From NCBI GenBank assembly GCA_963796685.1, contig CAWCMR010000009.1, forward strand, positions 360,924 to 424,923: a DNA stretch of 64,000 bases, in the 5' to 3' direction. This DNA comes from an uncultured delta proteobacterium. GTDB taxonomy: Bacteria > Myxococcota_A > Polyangia > Fen-1088. A program made the translations under genes and the position numbers. Shown here piece after piece: positions 1 through 9,526 of the stretch (position 1 is its first letter; every line of letters starts with the position of its first letter). The notes beneath the pieces were generated by a model. That model ran no database searches. It saw nothing but the letters and a program-made list of their open reading frames with translations, and was not told where the DNA came from.

Positions 1-1328
1 GAGCATGCGGCTCATGCTCTCCACCCGGGTGTAGAAACGGCCGATGTACGCGATGAACGCGGTGAGCACGCCGACGGTGATCTGGTGGTGCAGGACCTCG
101 CGCGCGCCGGCCGCCCAAACGACGAGCAACCCAATCTGATTGAGCAACGCGACCGACGGCCAGAAGAACGTCCACATGGCGTTGTTGCGGTTGTTGATTT
201 CGACGACGCGCTGGTTGGCTTGGGCGAAACGGGCGATCTCGCGCCGCTCTTGCGAGAAGGCTTTGACCACGCGAATGCCCGGGATGGTGTCGGCCAGGAT
301 GTTGGTCATGGCCGACCACATGCGCCCGCCGCGCAGATAGCCGTGCAACATCTTGCCGCGAATACGCATGATGAGCCACGCGATGGGGGGAAGGAGATGA
401 TGGCCGCGACGGCGAGCGTGGTATCGAGCGAAAGCAGGACGACACAGGTGCTGACGATCATCAGCACATCGGTGGCGAAGTCGACCAGCGTGTCGGAGAG
501 AAACGAGCACAGGTGCTCGGTGTCCGAGCTGATGCGCGCGATCAGATCGCCGGTGCGCTTGCCACCGAAGTACTCCAGGCTGAGCTTCTGCAAGTGCGAA
601 AAGGCGCGGTTGCGCAGATCCGCCGCCACCTTCTCGGTCACGATGGCCAGCACCGCTCCTTGCGCCCAGACCAGCAGCCACGCGACGGCGGCCGCGCCGC
701 CCAGGCTGCCGAGATAGAGCAGGACTTTGGGCAGGGCGGCCTGCATGGTGAGCTGCCCGGCCTGGCCCGGCACCAGCACCTGGTCGACGAGCGGCATGGT
801 CAAGTAGGGCGGGATCAGGCCCGCCGCCGTGCTCGCAAGGGTGAGCAGCAGGCCGAAGAGCACGGCGCCAAGGTGCGGCCGCGCAAAACCCAAGAGTCGC
901 AAGAGCGGGTGCCTTCCGCTTACCGGCAACTCGGAGCTGTCCTGCTCGTCGGCGGGCGCCACGGGCCGCGCATGGGCCTGCCGCTTGCCCTGCTGCGCCT
1001 CGAAGGCGTCGGCGAACTCGGTTGCCTCCTTGGCCGCGGCCAAGGTGTGAAAGCGGCGGACCACGGTCCGCGTCCCCTCGATCACGCGCACCTCGCCGAG
1101 TCCCGCGTATTCGCGACGGTCGAGGCGAAGTCCCGGCGTGAGCGCGCACGCCGTCCACCCTCCGTCGGCGGCTTTCCAGCACACGCGCATGGAGGTCAAG
1201 GCAAGGGTGGAGGCGGTGTAGTGCAGATGCTCGTCCAGATCCGGCGCGAAGATCGCGCGCACGCTCTCGCCGTCGGCGAGCGTGAGTCCGAGGGGAGGGT
1301 CGAGGAGCGAAGAAGCAGCATCGGTCAT
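1..1328 (-). CDS. ABC transporter permease/ATP-binding protein (exporter fold) of the cyanophycin-associated type; runs off the left edge; apparent -1 frameshift in the G6 run at 385-390
   Basis: ATG at 1328 (MTDAASS). ABC_membrane motifs LIPPYLTMPLVDQVL and LQKLSLEYFGGKRTGDLIARISSD follow a soluble N-terminal domain. Adding one G at 385-390 restores ..SFPPIAWLIMRIR..TIPGIRVVKAFSQE. Lies directly downstream of the cph genes. Confidence 0.85.
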
Positions 1329-1409
1329 GGGCGAGGATCCGGTAGCGCCCACTTTACCAGGATCGTCACCAGCGAGGGAAAGCACGTCGGGCGCCGACGC
1401 GAGCCCAGC

Positions 1410-2384
1410 TCACGTGAAAACTCGGCCCTGCCGCGCGGATACCAGGTAGCTTTCCCCACCCCGGCCTTGCCAGGCGCGCAGGTCAAACGCCGCATCGTGG
1501 TCGCCGGCACGGATACGGTAGGCGGAGATGTTCTCATAGGTCAGCGGCTGGCCGGGCAGGCAAGTTTGGGGCAGCCCCGGGGCGAGCAGGAAACACGCCG
1601 ATCCGCGATTCGAGTCCGGACGTTTGTCGACCACGGTGCCAAGGCCATCGGCTTCGACCAGGACTGCCGTCATTTCGTCGACAGCGATCGCGCGCGGTGC
1701 TTTGGCCCATCCGTCTTGCGCCAAGCGAGCCAGGAAGGCGAGCAGCCTTCCCATGCGATCGCGATCGTGGAAGTGGCTGTCGGTGATCGCGTTGCGCAGG
1801 TACGCGTAGGGCGTCCCTAGGCTCGGTGAATAGACGAGCGCACGCTCGAGGGTCATGCACGCGTGGTAGGGATCGGCGAGCGCTTCGCTGGAATACACCG
1901 TATCGTTGCTGGCGGAGAACAGGAATTCGCCCAGTACCGCCAAGCCTGCGCTCGAGCCTCCCATGGGCACACCCCGGCGCAAGAGATCGCCGATGGCCTG
2001 CTGAACGGGCGTGTCCTTCCACATCCTGACGTAGTCCCACTGGTCGCCACCCTGGATGAAGAGCGCGTCGGCGCCGCGGATGGTCCGGAGTACCGCGGGG
2101 TCCGCGGTTGCGTCGCGCGACGAGAAGATCAGGGTCTCCACGGACGATGGATGCGGCGGCGGCAGGTCTTGATAGATGTAGCGGCCGTATTCGTCGCTGC
2201 CGTCGGCGCCAATGACGACGAAGCGGCCCCAGCCCGATTTGGCGAAGAGCCAAGCAAAGGCGCTGTCGACTTCGGGCGGCGGGCCCTCCGGCGGTCCGCC
2301 GAGCAAGGCCATCCCGGGCGTGACCGGCCCGCGCGGCGTGGGGCGGCTCGAAGAATGGACGTAGGACGCGTATCCCGTGGGCAT
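1410..2384 (-). CDS. cphB: Cyanophycinase-like serine peptidase (S51 family)
   Basis: ADALFIQGGDQ, nucleophile elbow GGSSAG, ITDSHFHDRDRMGRLLAF, AVDE; starts 3 nt after the cphA-like stop. Confidence 0.85.
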   Translation of the reverse strand: MPTGYASYVHSSSRPTPRGPVTPGMALLGGPPEGPPPEVDSAFAWLFAKSGWGRFVVIGADGSDEYGRYIYQDLPPPHPSSVETLIFSSRDATADPAVLRTIRGADALFIQGGDQWDYVRMWKDTPVQQAIGDLLRRGVPMGGSSAGLAVLGEFLFSASNDTVYSSEALADPYHACMTLERALVYSPSLGTPYAYLRNAITDSHFHDRDRMGRLLAFLARLAQDGWAKAPRAIAVDEMTAVLVEADGLGTVVDKRPDSNRGSACFLLAPGLPQTCLPGQPLTYENISAYRIRAGDHDAAFDLRAWQGRGGESYLVSARQGRVFT

Positions 2385-2387
2385 GGT

Positions 2388-4478
2388 CTAGACCTCGCGC
2401 AACAGCAATGGAAGGCGCGCCGCAATCGTTTCCGCCGGTACGCCCATGGCCCACGCCGCACCCGCTGCCTGGAGCCAGCCGCGCCACGCGCCTTCGGCAA
2501 GAGTCCGCTCCGCGCCAAGAGGCACCGCGTGCTCCTTCCCATCGCACGACAGAAATACCAGATGGCCATCGTGAAGGAAGACGGCGGCACATCCCCCGTG
2601 CCGGGCGCGAACCGACGCGTCGTCGCCCACGATCATCATCGTGCCGGCAATGGAGTCCACGGCTGCCAGCGCTGCATCGTCGCGGTCATCGATCACCACG
2701 GTGCCGCGAGGCTGGGCGACCAAGACCAAGACGCCAGCGGCTCGGGCGCTCTCGGCATCGAGTACGGCCGCGACTTCGGGGTCGAACGTCAAAATCGCGG
2801 CATCGACGCAATCGAGACCCAAGCCCTCCTCGCGAATGCTCGCCGGATCGCGCTCCAGCACAGCCGAGTCGACCTCGGGACACAGCAGGACCGCAAGACT
2901 GCCGGAAACGCCGCTTTGATCGCCGCCTTTGATGGGCTCTCCATCGAGAAAGAGGCCGCGCGAGCTCGCCGTGCCGATCCCGCGGCCAGGCGCGCGCAGG
3001 AGCTCGGCCAGAAGGCGGCCAGTGCGAGCCCGATCGCCGGTGCCGCTCACCAGGGCGAGCGGGATGCGACCGGTCTTGCCGTCGGGAAAGAGCGAATCGA
3101 TGATGGCCTCGCAGACCGGACGGTGGCTGTCGCACAGGGGCGGAAAATGAAACGCGATGGTCGGTTCGGCGTTCACTTCGAGAATCGCGCCCCCCTGCTC
3201 TTCCAGTGGCCGCGCGATATCCTCGGCGACCACGTCCAACCCGGCCACATCCAGACCGATCACGCGTGCCGCGCGCACGCATTGCGCGGCCACACGTGGG
3301 TGTACGAGATCGGTCACATCGCTAACACCCGCGCCCGCCCAAGAATGGGCGATACGACTCAAGACCACCTCGCGCCCGGCCGGCACCACGGCGGCGAGCG
3401 CGTAACCCTGCTCGGCCAACAGCTGGGGCGTGTCGTCGTCCGGGCAAACCCGGGTCAGGGGCAACCGCAGATCGTCGCCGCGCCTGGGATCCCGGTTGGC
3501 GATCTCCATGAGCTGCGCAACCGTGTGCTGGCCATCCCCGGTCAGACGAACCGGTTCGCGGCGCACCGCCGCGACCAACCGATCGCCCACCACGGTCAGG
3601 CGGTATTGCGCCCCTGGCACGAAGCGCTCGACCAGCACCTCTTCGCGATACTCCCGAGCGGCGGCGTAGGCAGCCACCACCTGCTCGCGGGTGTGCAGGT
3701 GAAGGCCAATCCCGTGGCCATAGTCGGCGCTCGCGGGCTTGACTACCACCGGCGTGCCCAGCTCGCACGCGATGGACCATGCGTGCTCGGCGCTGTCGGC
3801 TTGACGACCGATGGGAACGGGAATCCCGACCTGCGCGAGCAGCTCTTTCGTCAGCTTCTTGTCGAGCGAGATCCACTCGGCGATCTTGCCCGTGCGTTCG
3901 GTCACCGAGGTTCGGATCCGTCGGCGCTGCGCTCCGTGACCAAGCTGCACCAGGCTCTCACCGTCGAGGCGGCGATAGGGAATGCCCCTGGCGCGCGCGG
4001 CGGCCACCAGTGGTCCGGTCGCCCGGCCCAGGCACACGTCTTCGGCAAGAGAGCGCAGCCGTGCCGTTTCTGCGGGCACATCGAGAGCTTCGCCGGCCAG
4101 GGCCGCCAAGCACATGCGTCGAGCGGATTCGAGGCAAGCGCGCGCGAGGCGTTCCTCTTCATAGGCGAAGGCGATGTCCACGGTCGCGGACGACGCGCGC
4201 GGGGCGATGGCCGCGCAACCCGCGGGCGTGCTGGCCAGGGCTTGCAGATGCACGGCAACACCGCGCAAGGCATCGGCCACGCGCACTTGCGGAGGCCGCG
4301 ACGGGTCCTCGCAGGCCGGGGACCAGCCCGGAAGCGAGGCGGACAGTCGCTGCTCGAGCTCCACCACGCCGTGGGCGGGTAGGCCTGGGTACGCCGCGAC
4401 CGACACGCGCGCCTCGAGCGCGGAATCCGGCCCCCACACGTTGGGGCCCTGCAGCGCCCTCACCTTGAGCAATTCCAT
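2388..4478 (-). CDS. cphA: Cyanophycin synthetase family protein, short (696 aa), CphA2/CphA'-like with a degenerate Mur-ligase domain
   Basis: MELLKVRALQGPNVW N-terminus; ARARGIPYRRL..LVQLGHG..RRIR; DKKLTKELL; ATP-grasp VVKP and EVNAEP; GRIP followed by degenerate P-loop GTGDRAR; PEVDSAVLE..IREEGLGLD. Confidence 0.85.
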   Translation of the reverse strand: MELLKVRALQGPNVWGPDSALEARVSVAAYPGLPAHGVVELEQRLSASLPGWSPACEDPSRPPQVRVADALRGVAVHLQALASTPAGCAAIAPRASSATVDIAFAYEEERLARACLESARRMCLAALAGEALDVPAETARLRSLAEDVCLGRATGPLVAAARARGIPYRRLDGESLVQLGHGAQRRRIRTSVTERTGKIAEWISLDKKLTKELLAQVGIPVPIGRQADSAEHAWSIACELGTPVVVKPASADYGHGIGLHLHTREQVVAAYAAAREYREEVLVERFVPGAQYRLTVVGDRLVAAVRREPVRLTGDGQHTVAQLMEIANRDPRRGDDLRLPLTRVCPDDDTPQLLAEQGYALAAVVPAGREVVLSRIAHSWAGAGVSDVTDLVHPRVAAQCVRAARVIGLDVAGLDVVAEDIARPLEEQGGAILEVNAEPTIAFHFPPLCDSHRPVCEAIIDSLFPDGKTGRIPLALVSGTGDRARTGRLLAELLRAPGRGIGTASSRGLFLDGEPIKGGDQSGVSGSLAVLLCPEVDSAVLERDPASIREEGLGLDCVDAAILTFDPEVAAVLDAESARAAGVLVLVAQPRGTVVIDDRDDAALAAVDSIAGTMMIVGDDASVRARHGGCAAVFLHDGHLVFLSCDGKEHAVPLGAERTLAEGAWRGWLQAAGAAWAMGVPAETIAARLPLLLREV

Positions 4479-4590
4479 CGGCGTATCTATTGCCGATCCA
4501 TGTGTCCGAGTCCAGGCCTCCTGGCACACCCTCTGCTCGACCTGTCCGAGCAGCTCGCTGCCCTGACCGCGCGATTCAGGACCTGAGCCG

Positions 4591-5613
4591 CTACCGGCCT
4601 CCTGCGTGCCACGGCGTGAAGCCGCGCCCGCGCGCCGGCTGGGCATCGAGGTCGAGCCAACGCAGCATGATCGCGCGTGCGAGGTGCACGCCGGCGGACT
4701 TGCGCATCACATGCCGGACCGCTTCGGCAGCCGCGTGATCGCCGCCGGCCTCCAGACCCACGACCACCAGGTACAGATCCTCCACGTCGTCGTCTTGCGC
4801 GGGATCCACGCGCTTGGCGGCAGCGAGCGCGTCCCCACGTCTGCCGTCGAGCGCGGCAAAGTAGGCCTCGAGCACGGCCACCGAATCGGGAAAGCCGACA
4901 GCGCGGTAGTCGTCGAGCGCGGATTCGGCATAGCCCACGAGCGCCTGCTTGACCGAGCCCGAGCGCGACTCGGCCAGCATGCGCGTAAGGTAGGCGCGGT
5001 GCCAGCGATCCTTCTGCAGGGCGAGGGTCGCGCGCCCCCGCGCATCCCACGTTCCACGCGCAGCGCACAGGGTCGCCTGATCGTTCTCGGCCAGGGCCGC
5101 GGCCGGATCGCCCTGCGCTTCCCGGACCATCATCATCATGTTGTGCGACCAGAACTCGTCGGCCAGCTCGGGGTGCTTGGCGAGGGCGGGGATAAGGGCC
5201 AGCAACGCCGCGCCCGCGCGTTCGAAGTCGCCCGCATACGCGAAGCGCATCGCGCGCACGCGTGCCGCAAGATACGCGAGGTGCACATCGTCGCCTGCAT
5301 CCGCGGTCGCGAACGCGATCTGCTGGTCTGCTTTGGTCATGTCGTTCGCCGCGATGGCCTTCACCGCCGCATCGAGAGCCTGCTGGAGTGCCGGAGGCAA
5401 AGGCGATGGTCCGGGCGGGACGGGTGGGGCCGGAGCTGGTGCTGGAAGTGGAGGCGCAGGGGCCACCCCGGGAGCGGCCGAAGTGGGTGGACCGGGAGCG
5501 GGCGGAGGCGGTGCGGGCGCGAACGAGGTCGGGGCGACCGGAACCGAGGCGCACGCGCCAGGCAGGGCGGCCGCAAGAGTCAGACCGGCGATGGCGGGCA
5601 GTCGGTATCGCAT
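4591..5613 (-). CDS. Hypothetical lipoprotein with Pro-rich linker and helical-repeat (TPR-like) body
   Basis: Signal peptide with lipobox LPGAC; Pro/Ala linker; Ala-rich amphipathic helices. Confidence 0.7.
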   Translation of the reverse strand: MRYRLPAIAGLTLAAALPGACASVPVAPTSFAPAPPPPAPGPPTSAAPGVAPAPPLPAPAPAPPVPPGPSPLPPALQQALDAAVKAIAANDMTKADQQIAFATADAGDDVHLAYLAARVRAMRFAYAGDFERAGAALLALIPALAKHPELADEFWSHNMMMMVREAQGDPAAALAENDQATLCAARGTWDARGRATLALQKDRWHRAYLTRMLAESRSGSVKQALVGYAESALDDYRAVGFPDSVAVLEAYFAALDGRRGDALAAAKRVDPAQDDDVEDLYLVVVGLEAGGDHAAAEAVRHVMRKSAGVHLARAIMLRWLDLDAQPARGRGFTPWHAGGR

Positions 5614-5851
5614 GGGGAAAGCTTACACGTCTTCGGGAGCACCGGCGACAGTGCCCTTTGCCTCGCAATCCCGCGGCAAGACGAAACTTTTCGCCCAGTC
5701 GGGCGGCCAAGGGCGGCGGTCGAACATTGCATTGCGCGCTCATCGCGCTAGTCTCCGGTGCGGTTACGCGTGGGTGGAGGATCGATCTCGTTGTTGTTTC
5801 AGGTATCAGTCCCTCCTGCCACAACTCGAATCAGCAAAGGAGGATCGGATC

Positions 5852-6697
5852 ATGGGGAAGTCAATGATGCGTGGAAAGCTGTTTGGGCTGTTCTTGGTCG
5901 CCGGTGGATTGCTCGTGCCGCGCGCGACTCTGGCGGATGACGACAGTAGATGCGCGGGGCTACCCTCGCAAAGTGCGCTGCAAAGTGCGCTGGTGGCCGC
6001 AGTCGCGGCGGAAACCAGCGGGCTCAACAATCACATGTGGGCCACCGTCGTCAATCGCGACGGAGTGGTCTGCGCCGTGGCTTTCTCGGGCAGCAATCGC
6101 GCCGCCCAATGGCCGGGCAGCCGCGTTGTCGCGGCACAGAAGGCCAACACCGCGAACGCCTTCAGCCTCGACAGCTCGTCCGCGAGCAACGGCTCGGGGC
6201 AGCCGGCCGGACTGGCGCTTTCTTCGGCCAACCTCTACGCCGGCTCCAATCCCGGTGGCAGCGCGTACGAGTTGCAGATCAGCAATCCGGTGGACACCAC
6301 CGTCGCCTACGCCGGCAACCCGGAAAAATACGGAACCAAGAACGATCCCATGGTGGGTCACCGCGTGGGTGGCGTGAACATCTTCGGCGGTGGCCTGGCG
6401 CTCTATACCCCGGGGCACGTGCTCATCGGAGGCTTGGGCGTCAGCGGAGACACTTCCTGCGCGGACCACTTCATCGCATGGCGCACGCGCAATCAGCTCA
6501 ACCTGGACCACCTCGGTGCATCGGGCTCGACTCCGGCGGTCGGCGGAGTCTCGGGCGATCCGCAGCGTCCCGACAACATCGTCTTCGACATCACCCCCAA
6601 CCCTCAAGGCGGTACGGGAGTGAGCGCCGGGGGCTTCGGTCACCCCATGTGCGTGAACACGGGAAACCAGCTCGCACTTCCCGCCGTTCGACCGTAA
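5852..6697 (+). CDS. Secreted GlcG/HbpS-family haem-binding protein
   Basis: AAGGAGGA RBS; signal peptide; MWATVVNRDGVVCAV, SRVVAAQKANTANAF, GGVNIFGGGLALY, GGLGVSGDTSCAD. Confidence 0.8.
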   Translation: MGKSMMRGKLFGLFLVAGGLLVPRATLADDDSRCAGLPSQSALQSALVAAVAAETSGLNNHMWATVVNRDGVVCAVAFSGSNRAAQWPGSRVVAAQKANTANAFSLDSSSASNGSGQPAGLALSSANLYAGSNPGGSAYELQISNPVDTTVAYAGNPEKYGTKNDPMVGHRVGGVNIFGGGLALYTPGHVLIGGLGVSGDTSCADHFIAWRTRNQLNLDHLGASGSTPAVGGVSGDPQRPDNIVFDITPNPQGGTGVSAGGFGHPMCVNTGNQLALPAVRP

Positions 6698-6737
6698 ACC
6701 AAGGATCCAGCCAATTTGCGCCGGAGGCGCCGGGCGC

Positions 6738-7982
6738 TCAACCCGCCAGTCGCAACAAGGAGCTGCTCATGGCCTCGCACACCTGCTCCATCCGCATCGC
6801 GGACTGGTTGTTGATGCGCCCGCCGGCCTCGCCTTGCGCGTAGAGCAGCAGGGTGACGTGCCCGTCGACGATGACCGGCGACACGAGGACCTCGGTGGGG
6901 GCGTGGCAACGAAACGCGTTCCACAACGGGCCGTGTACGGCCATGCCGTCGGGCGGTGGCGTGCCTCGAAAGGTCGACCGGCGGCTGCGGGCGATACGGA
7001 AACACGAAGGCAGGGAAAGCGAGAAGGTGAGGCCCTCGACCTCGGACCGCACGTGCCCGTCGGAGAAGCCGAAACGTCCCCGCGCGACCGCGCCTGCCAC
7101 GGAAAACATGGCGCCGACCCCGAAGCAGGTGCGCATGAAGGCAAACAAGCTGTCCGAGAGGTCCTGCTGGTCGGCGGCGAAACGAATCTGATCGACGGCG
7201 AGCTGCGCGCCCGCGCCGGTGATGGGCACCACCAAGGGGGTCAGAGGATTGCGTGAGGCCACCCGAGTCGGCTTGGGCGGCGTACGAGCATCCATGGGTG
7301 GGATGTAGGCAAGCGGCGTGGGCGTGAAGCAAAGCGCGTCTTCCATGACCGCCACGGGTGCGGCAGGCTCGCTCGTGTGCGTGCCCGGCTTGAGCGGCGC
7401 GAGGCGAATGCCTTGGTGGTGGCCTTGGGGAGGCTTGCGATGGGTGCGCAAGGCCGGCCGGATATCATCGTCCTTGGCCACCGGCTTCCTGGACGCGGTC
7501 TGGTGCGGGCTTGGCAGTGCCAGCGCCGGTCGCGGGACGCCGGGCTTACCCTTCCTGCGCACCCCGTAGAGAAGCTCGAGGTGCCGGGCAATGGCCAGCT
7601 CCGTGGCCACCATGGGATCGACCGTCGCGCCCAGAATGAACGCCAGTCGGTCGAGAGCGCGTGGGTTGGCCGGGTTGGCCATGGCCACCGCGACCCGACG
7701 GCGGTTGGTGAGAAAGAGAGGAATGGCCTGTAGCTCGACCGCTTGGTGGACGACGACGCGCCGGCGCAACGCCAGCTCGGAGCGCGCGAAATCCGCCTCC
7801 AGCGCCGGCGGCACGCCGAACTGTTCGGCCAGCGCCAGCGCCACCTGATCGTTCGTGAGAGCCCCTGATTCGACGAACCAGGTTCCGATGCGCACCCCCT
7901 GCGCATGTTGCTGGGCGAGCGCAGCCTGTAGAACGGCCTCCGTGATGAGGCCCTGTTTGACCAGAATTTCACCCAACCTCAT
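6738..7982 (-). CDS. MshEN/GspE-N domain protein with C-terminal GAF-like domain (no ATPase)
   Basis: MRLGEILVKQGLITEAVLQAALAQQ (MshEN c-di-GMP motif); VAVAMANP..; Pro-rich linker; C-terminal VLVSPVIVDGHVTLLLYA. Confidence 0.8.
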   Translation of the reverse strand: MRLGEILVKQGLITEAVLQAALAQQHAQGVRIGTWFVESGALTNDQVALALAEQFGVPPALEADFARSELALRRRVVVHQAVELQAIPLFLTNRRRVAVAMANPANPRALDRLAFILGATVDPMVATELAIARHLELLYGVRRKGKPGVPRPALALPSPHQTASRKPVAKDDDIRPALRTHRKPPQGHHQGIRLAPLKPGTHTSEPAAPVAVMEDALCFTPTPLAYIPPMDARTPPKPTRVASRNPLTPLVVPITGAGAQLAVDQIRFAADQQDLSDSLFAFMRTCFGVGAMFSVAGAVARGRFGFSDGHVRSEVEGLTFSLSLPSCFRIARSRRSTFRGTPPPDGMAVHGPLWNAFRCHAPTEVLVSPVIVDGHVTLLLYAQGEAGGRINNQSAMRMEQVCEAMSSSLLRLAG

Positions 7983-8183
7983 GCCTGCCTCGCCTTCTTC
8001 GCACGAGCTTTCGCCTGATGCGGCTAGGTCGATCACCTGTCATCTCGCGAATGCTATCGGCACCTGCAAAGAGGTTCTGTAGCCCCGGCGCAGCGCAGGT
8101 TCAACGCACTGTCCAACCTCGCGACCGCAAAGCCCTTGCGTCTCGAGACATGGTGCAAGAACATGCCCGTAGAAAGAACTACC

Positions 8184-9524
8184 ATGAGCGACCCCGTCTT
8201 CTGGCACCGCCTGCAATTCGGTTTCACCGCCACCTACCACTATCTGTTCCCGCAGCTCACCATGGGGCTGGCGCTGTTCATCGTCATCCTGAAGATGCTG
8301 GCCCGCCGCTCCGGCAACCAACGCTACCAAGACGCGGCGCGGTTCTGGATCCGCATCTTCGGCATCAACTTCGCGATCGGGGTGGTCACCGGCATTCCCA
8401 TGGAATTCCAGTTCGGCACCAATTGGGCGCAGTTCACCCAGCGCACCGGCCCCGTCATCGGCCAGACCCTGGCCATGGAAGGCATGTTTGCCTTCTTTCT
8501 CGAATCGAGCTTCCTCGGCGTGCTCATCTGGGGCGAGGAAAAGTTCGGGCGCAAAATCCACGACCTTGCCGCGTGGGCGCTCTTCGCGGGCTCGTGGCTT
8601 TCCGGGTACTTCATCATCGCCACCAACGCCTTCATGCAAAACCCGGTCGGGCATCGGGTCGCCCTCGACGGCAGCTTCCAGATCGCCGATTTTCTCGCCT
8701 TCCTGCTCAATCCGTGGGCACTCGCGCAGTACGCGCACAACATGGTCGCCTCGGTGGTCACGGCCTCCTTCGTGGTGACCGCGGTGGGGGCGTACTACTC
8801 CCTGCGCGAGGCCCATCTCGAACAGGCGAGGATCTTTCTCAAGCTCGGCGTGATCGTCGGGCTCGTGGCCAGCCTCCTGGTGGCGTTCCCGACCGGCGAC
8901 CGACAGGGCAAGTTGGTGGCCAAGCACCAACCCATCGCCCTGGCGGCGATGGAGGGCCGATGGAACAGCGGGACCTGGGCCGAGATCAACTTCATCGGTC
9001 AGCCTGACGTCAAGAACCGGCGCCTCGACAACCCCATCCGCATGCCGGGCATCCTCAGCTTCATCGCCTACGGTTCCTTCGACAGCGACGTCAAGGGACT
9101 GAGCGAATTTCCCTCTTCCGAATGGCCGAAGAACATCGAGCTGCTCTACTACAGCTTCCACATCATGGTCGGTCTCGGAACCATCCTCATCGCGCTCATG
9201 GGCCTGTCGGCCTTTCTGCTTTGGCGCGGCCGACTCGAGCGCGCGCGCTGGCTGCACTGGATCCTCATGCTGGCCTTTCCCTTCCCCTACATCGCCACCA
9301 CGGCGGGCTGGATGACCGCCGAGCTCGGCCGCCAGCCGTGGCTGGTGTACGGCCTTCTGCGCACGGGCGACGGCAGCAGCCAGCTGGTTCACAGCGGTCA
9401 GACCGTCTTCACCTTGCTGGGATTCGCCGGCCTCTTTGTCATCCTCGGCTTCCTGTTCGTGTACCTCATTCTGCGCGAAATCGAGCACGGTCCTGTGCCC
9501 CACGGCGCCCAGGCGGAGACATAG
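8184..9524 (+). CDS. cydA: Cytochrome bd ubiquinol oxidase subunit I
   Basis: RLQFGFTATYHYLFPQLTMG, GIPMEFQFGTNW, EGMFAFFLES, QPIALAAMEG, GWMTAELGRQPW. Confidence 0.97.
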   Translation: MSDPVFWHRLQFGFTATYHYLFPQLTMGLALFIVILKMLARRSGNQRYQDAARFWIRIFGINFAIGVVTGIPMEFQFGTNWAQFTQRTGPVIGQTLAMEGMFAFFLESSFLGVLIWGEEKFGRKIHDLAAWALFAGSWLSGYFIIATNAFMQNPVGHRVALDGSFQIADFLAFLLNPWALAQYAHNMVASVVTASFVVTAVGAYYSLREAHLEQARIFLKLGVIVGLVASLLVAFPTGDRQGKLVAKHQPIALAAMEGRWNSGTWAEINFIGQPDVKNRRLDNPIRMPGILSFIAYGSFDSDVKGLSEFPSSEWPKNIELLYYSFHIMVGLGTILIALMGLSAFLLWRGRLERARWLHWILMLAFPFPYIATTAGWMTAELGRQPWLVYGLLRTGDGSSQLVHSGQTVFTLLGFAGLFVILGFLFVYLILREIEHGPVPHGAQAET

Positions 9525-9526
9525 CC

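Noticed and set aside
1863-4382. 839-aa + strand ORF
   Set aside because: Antisense shadow of cphA/cphB, typical of high-GC DNA; no recognisable motifs.
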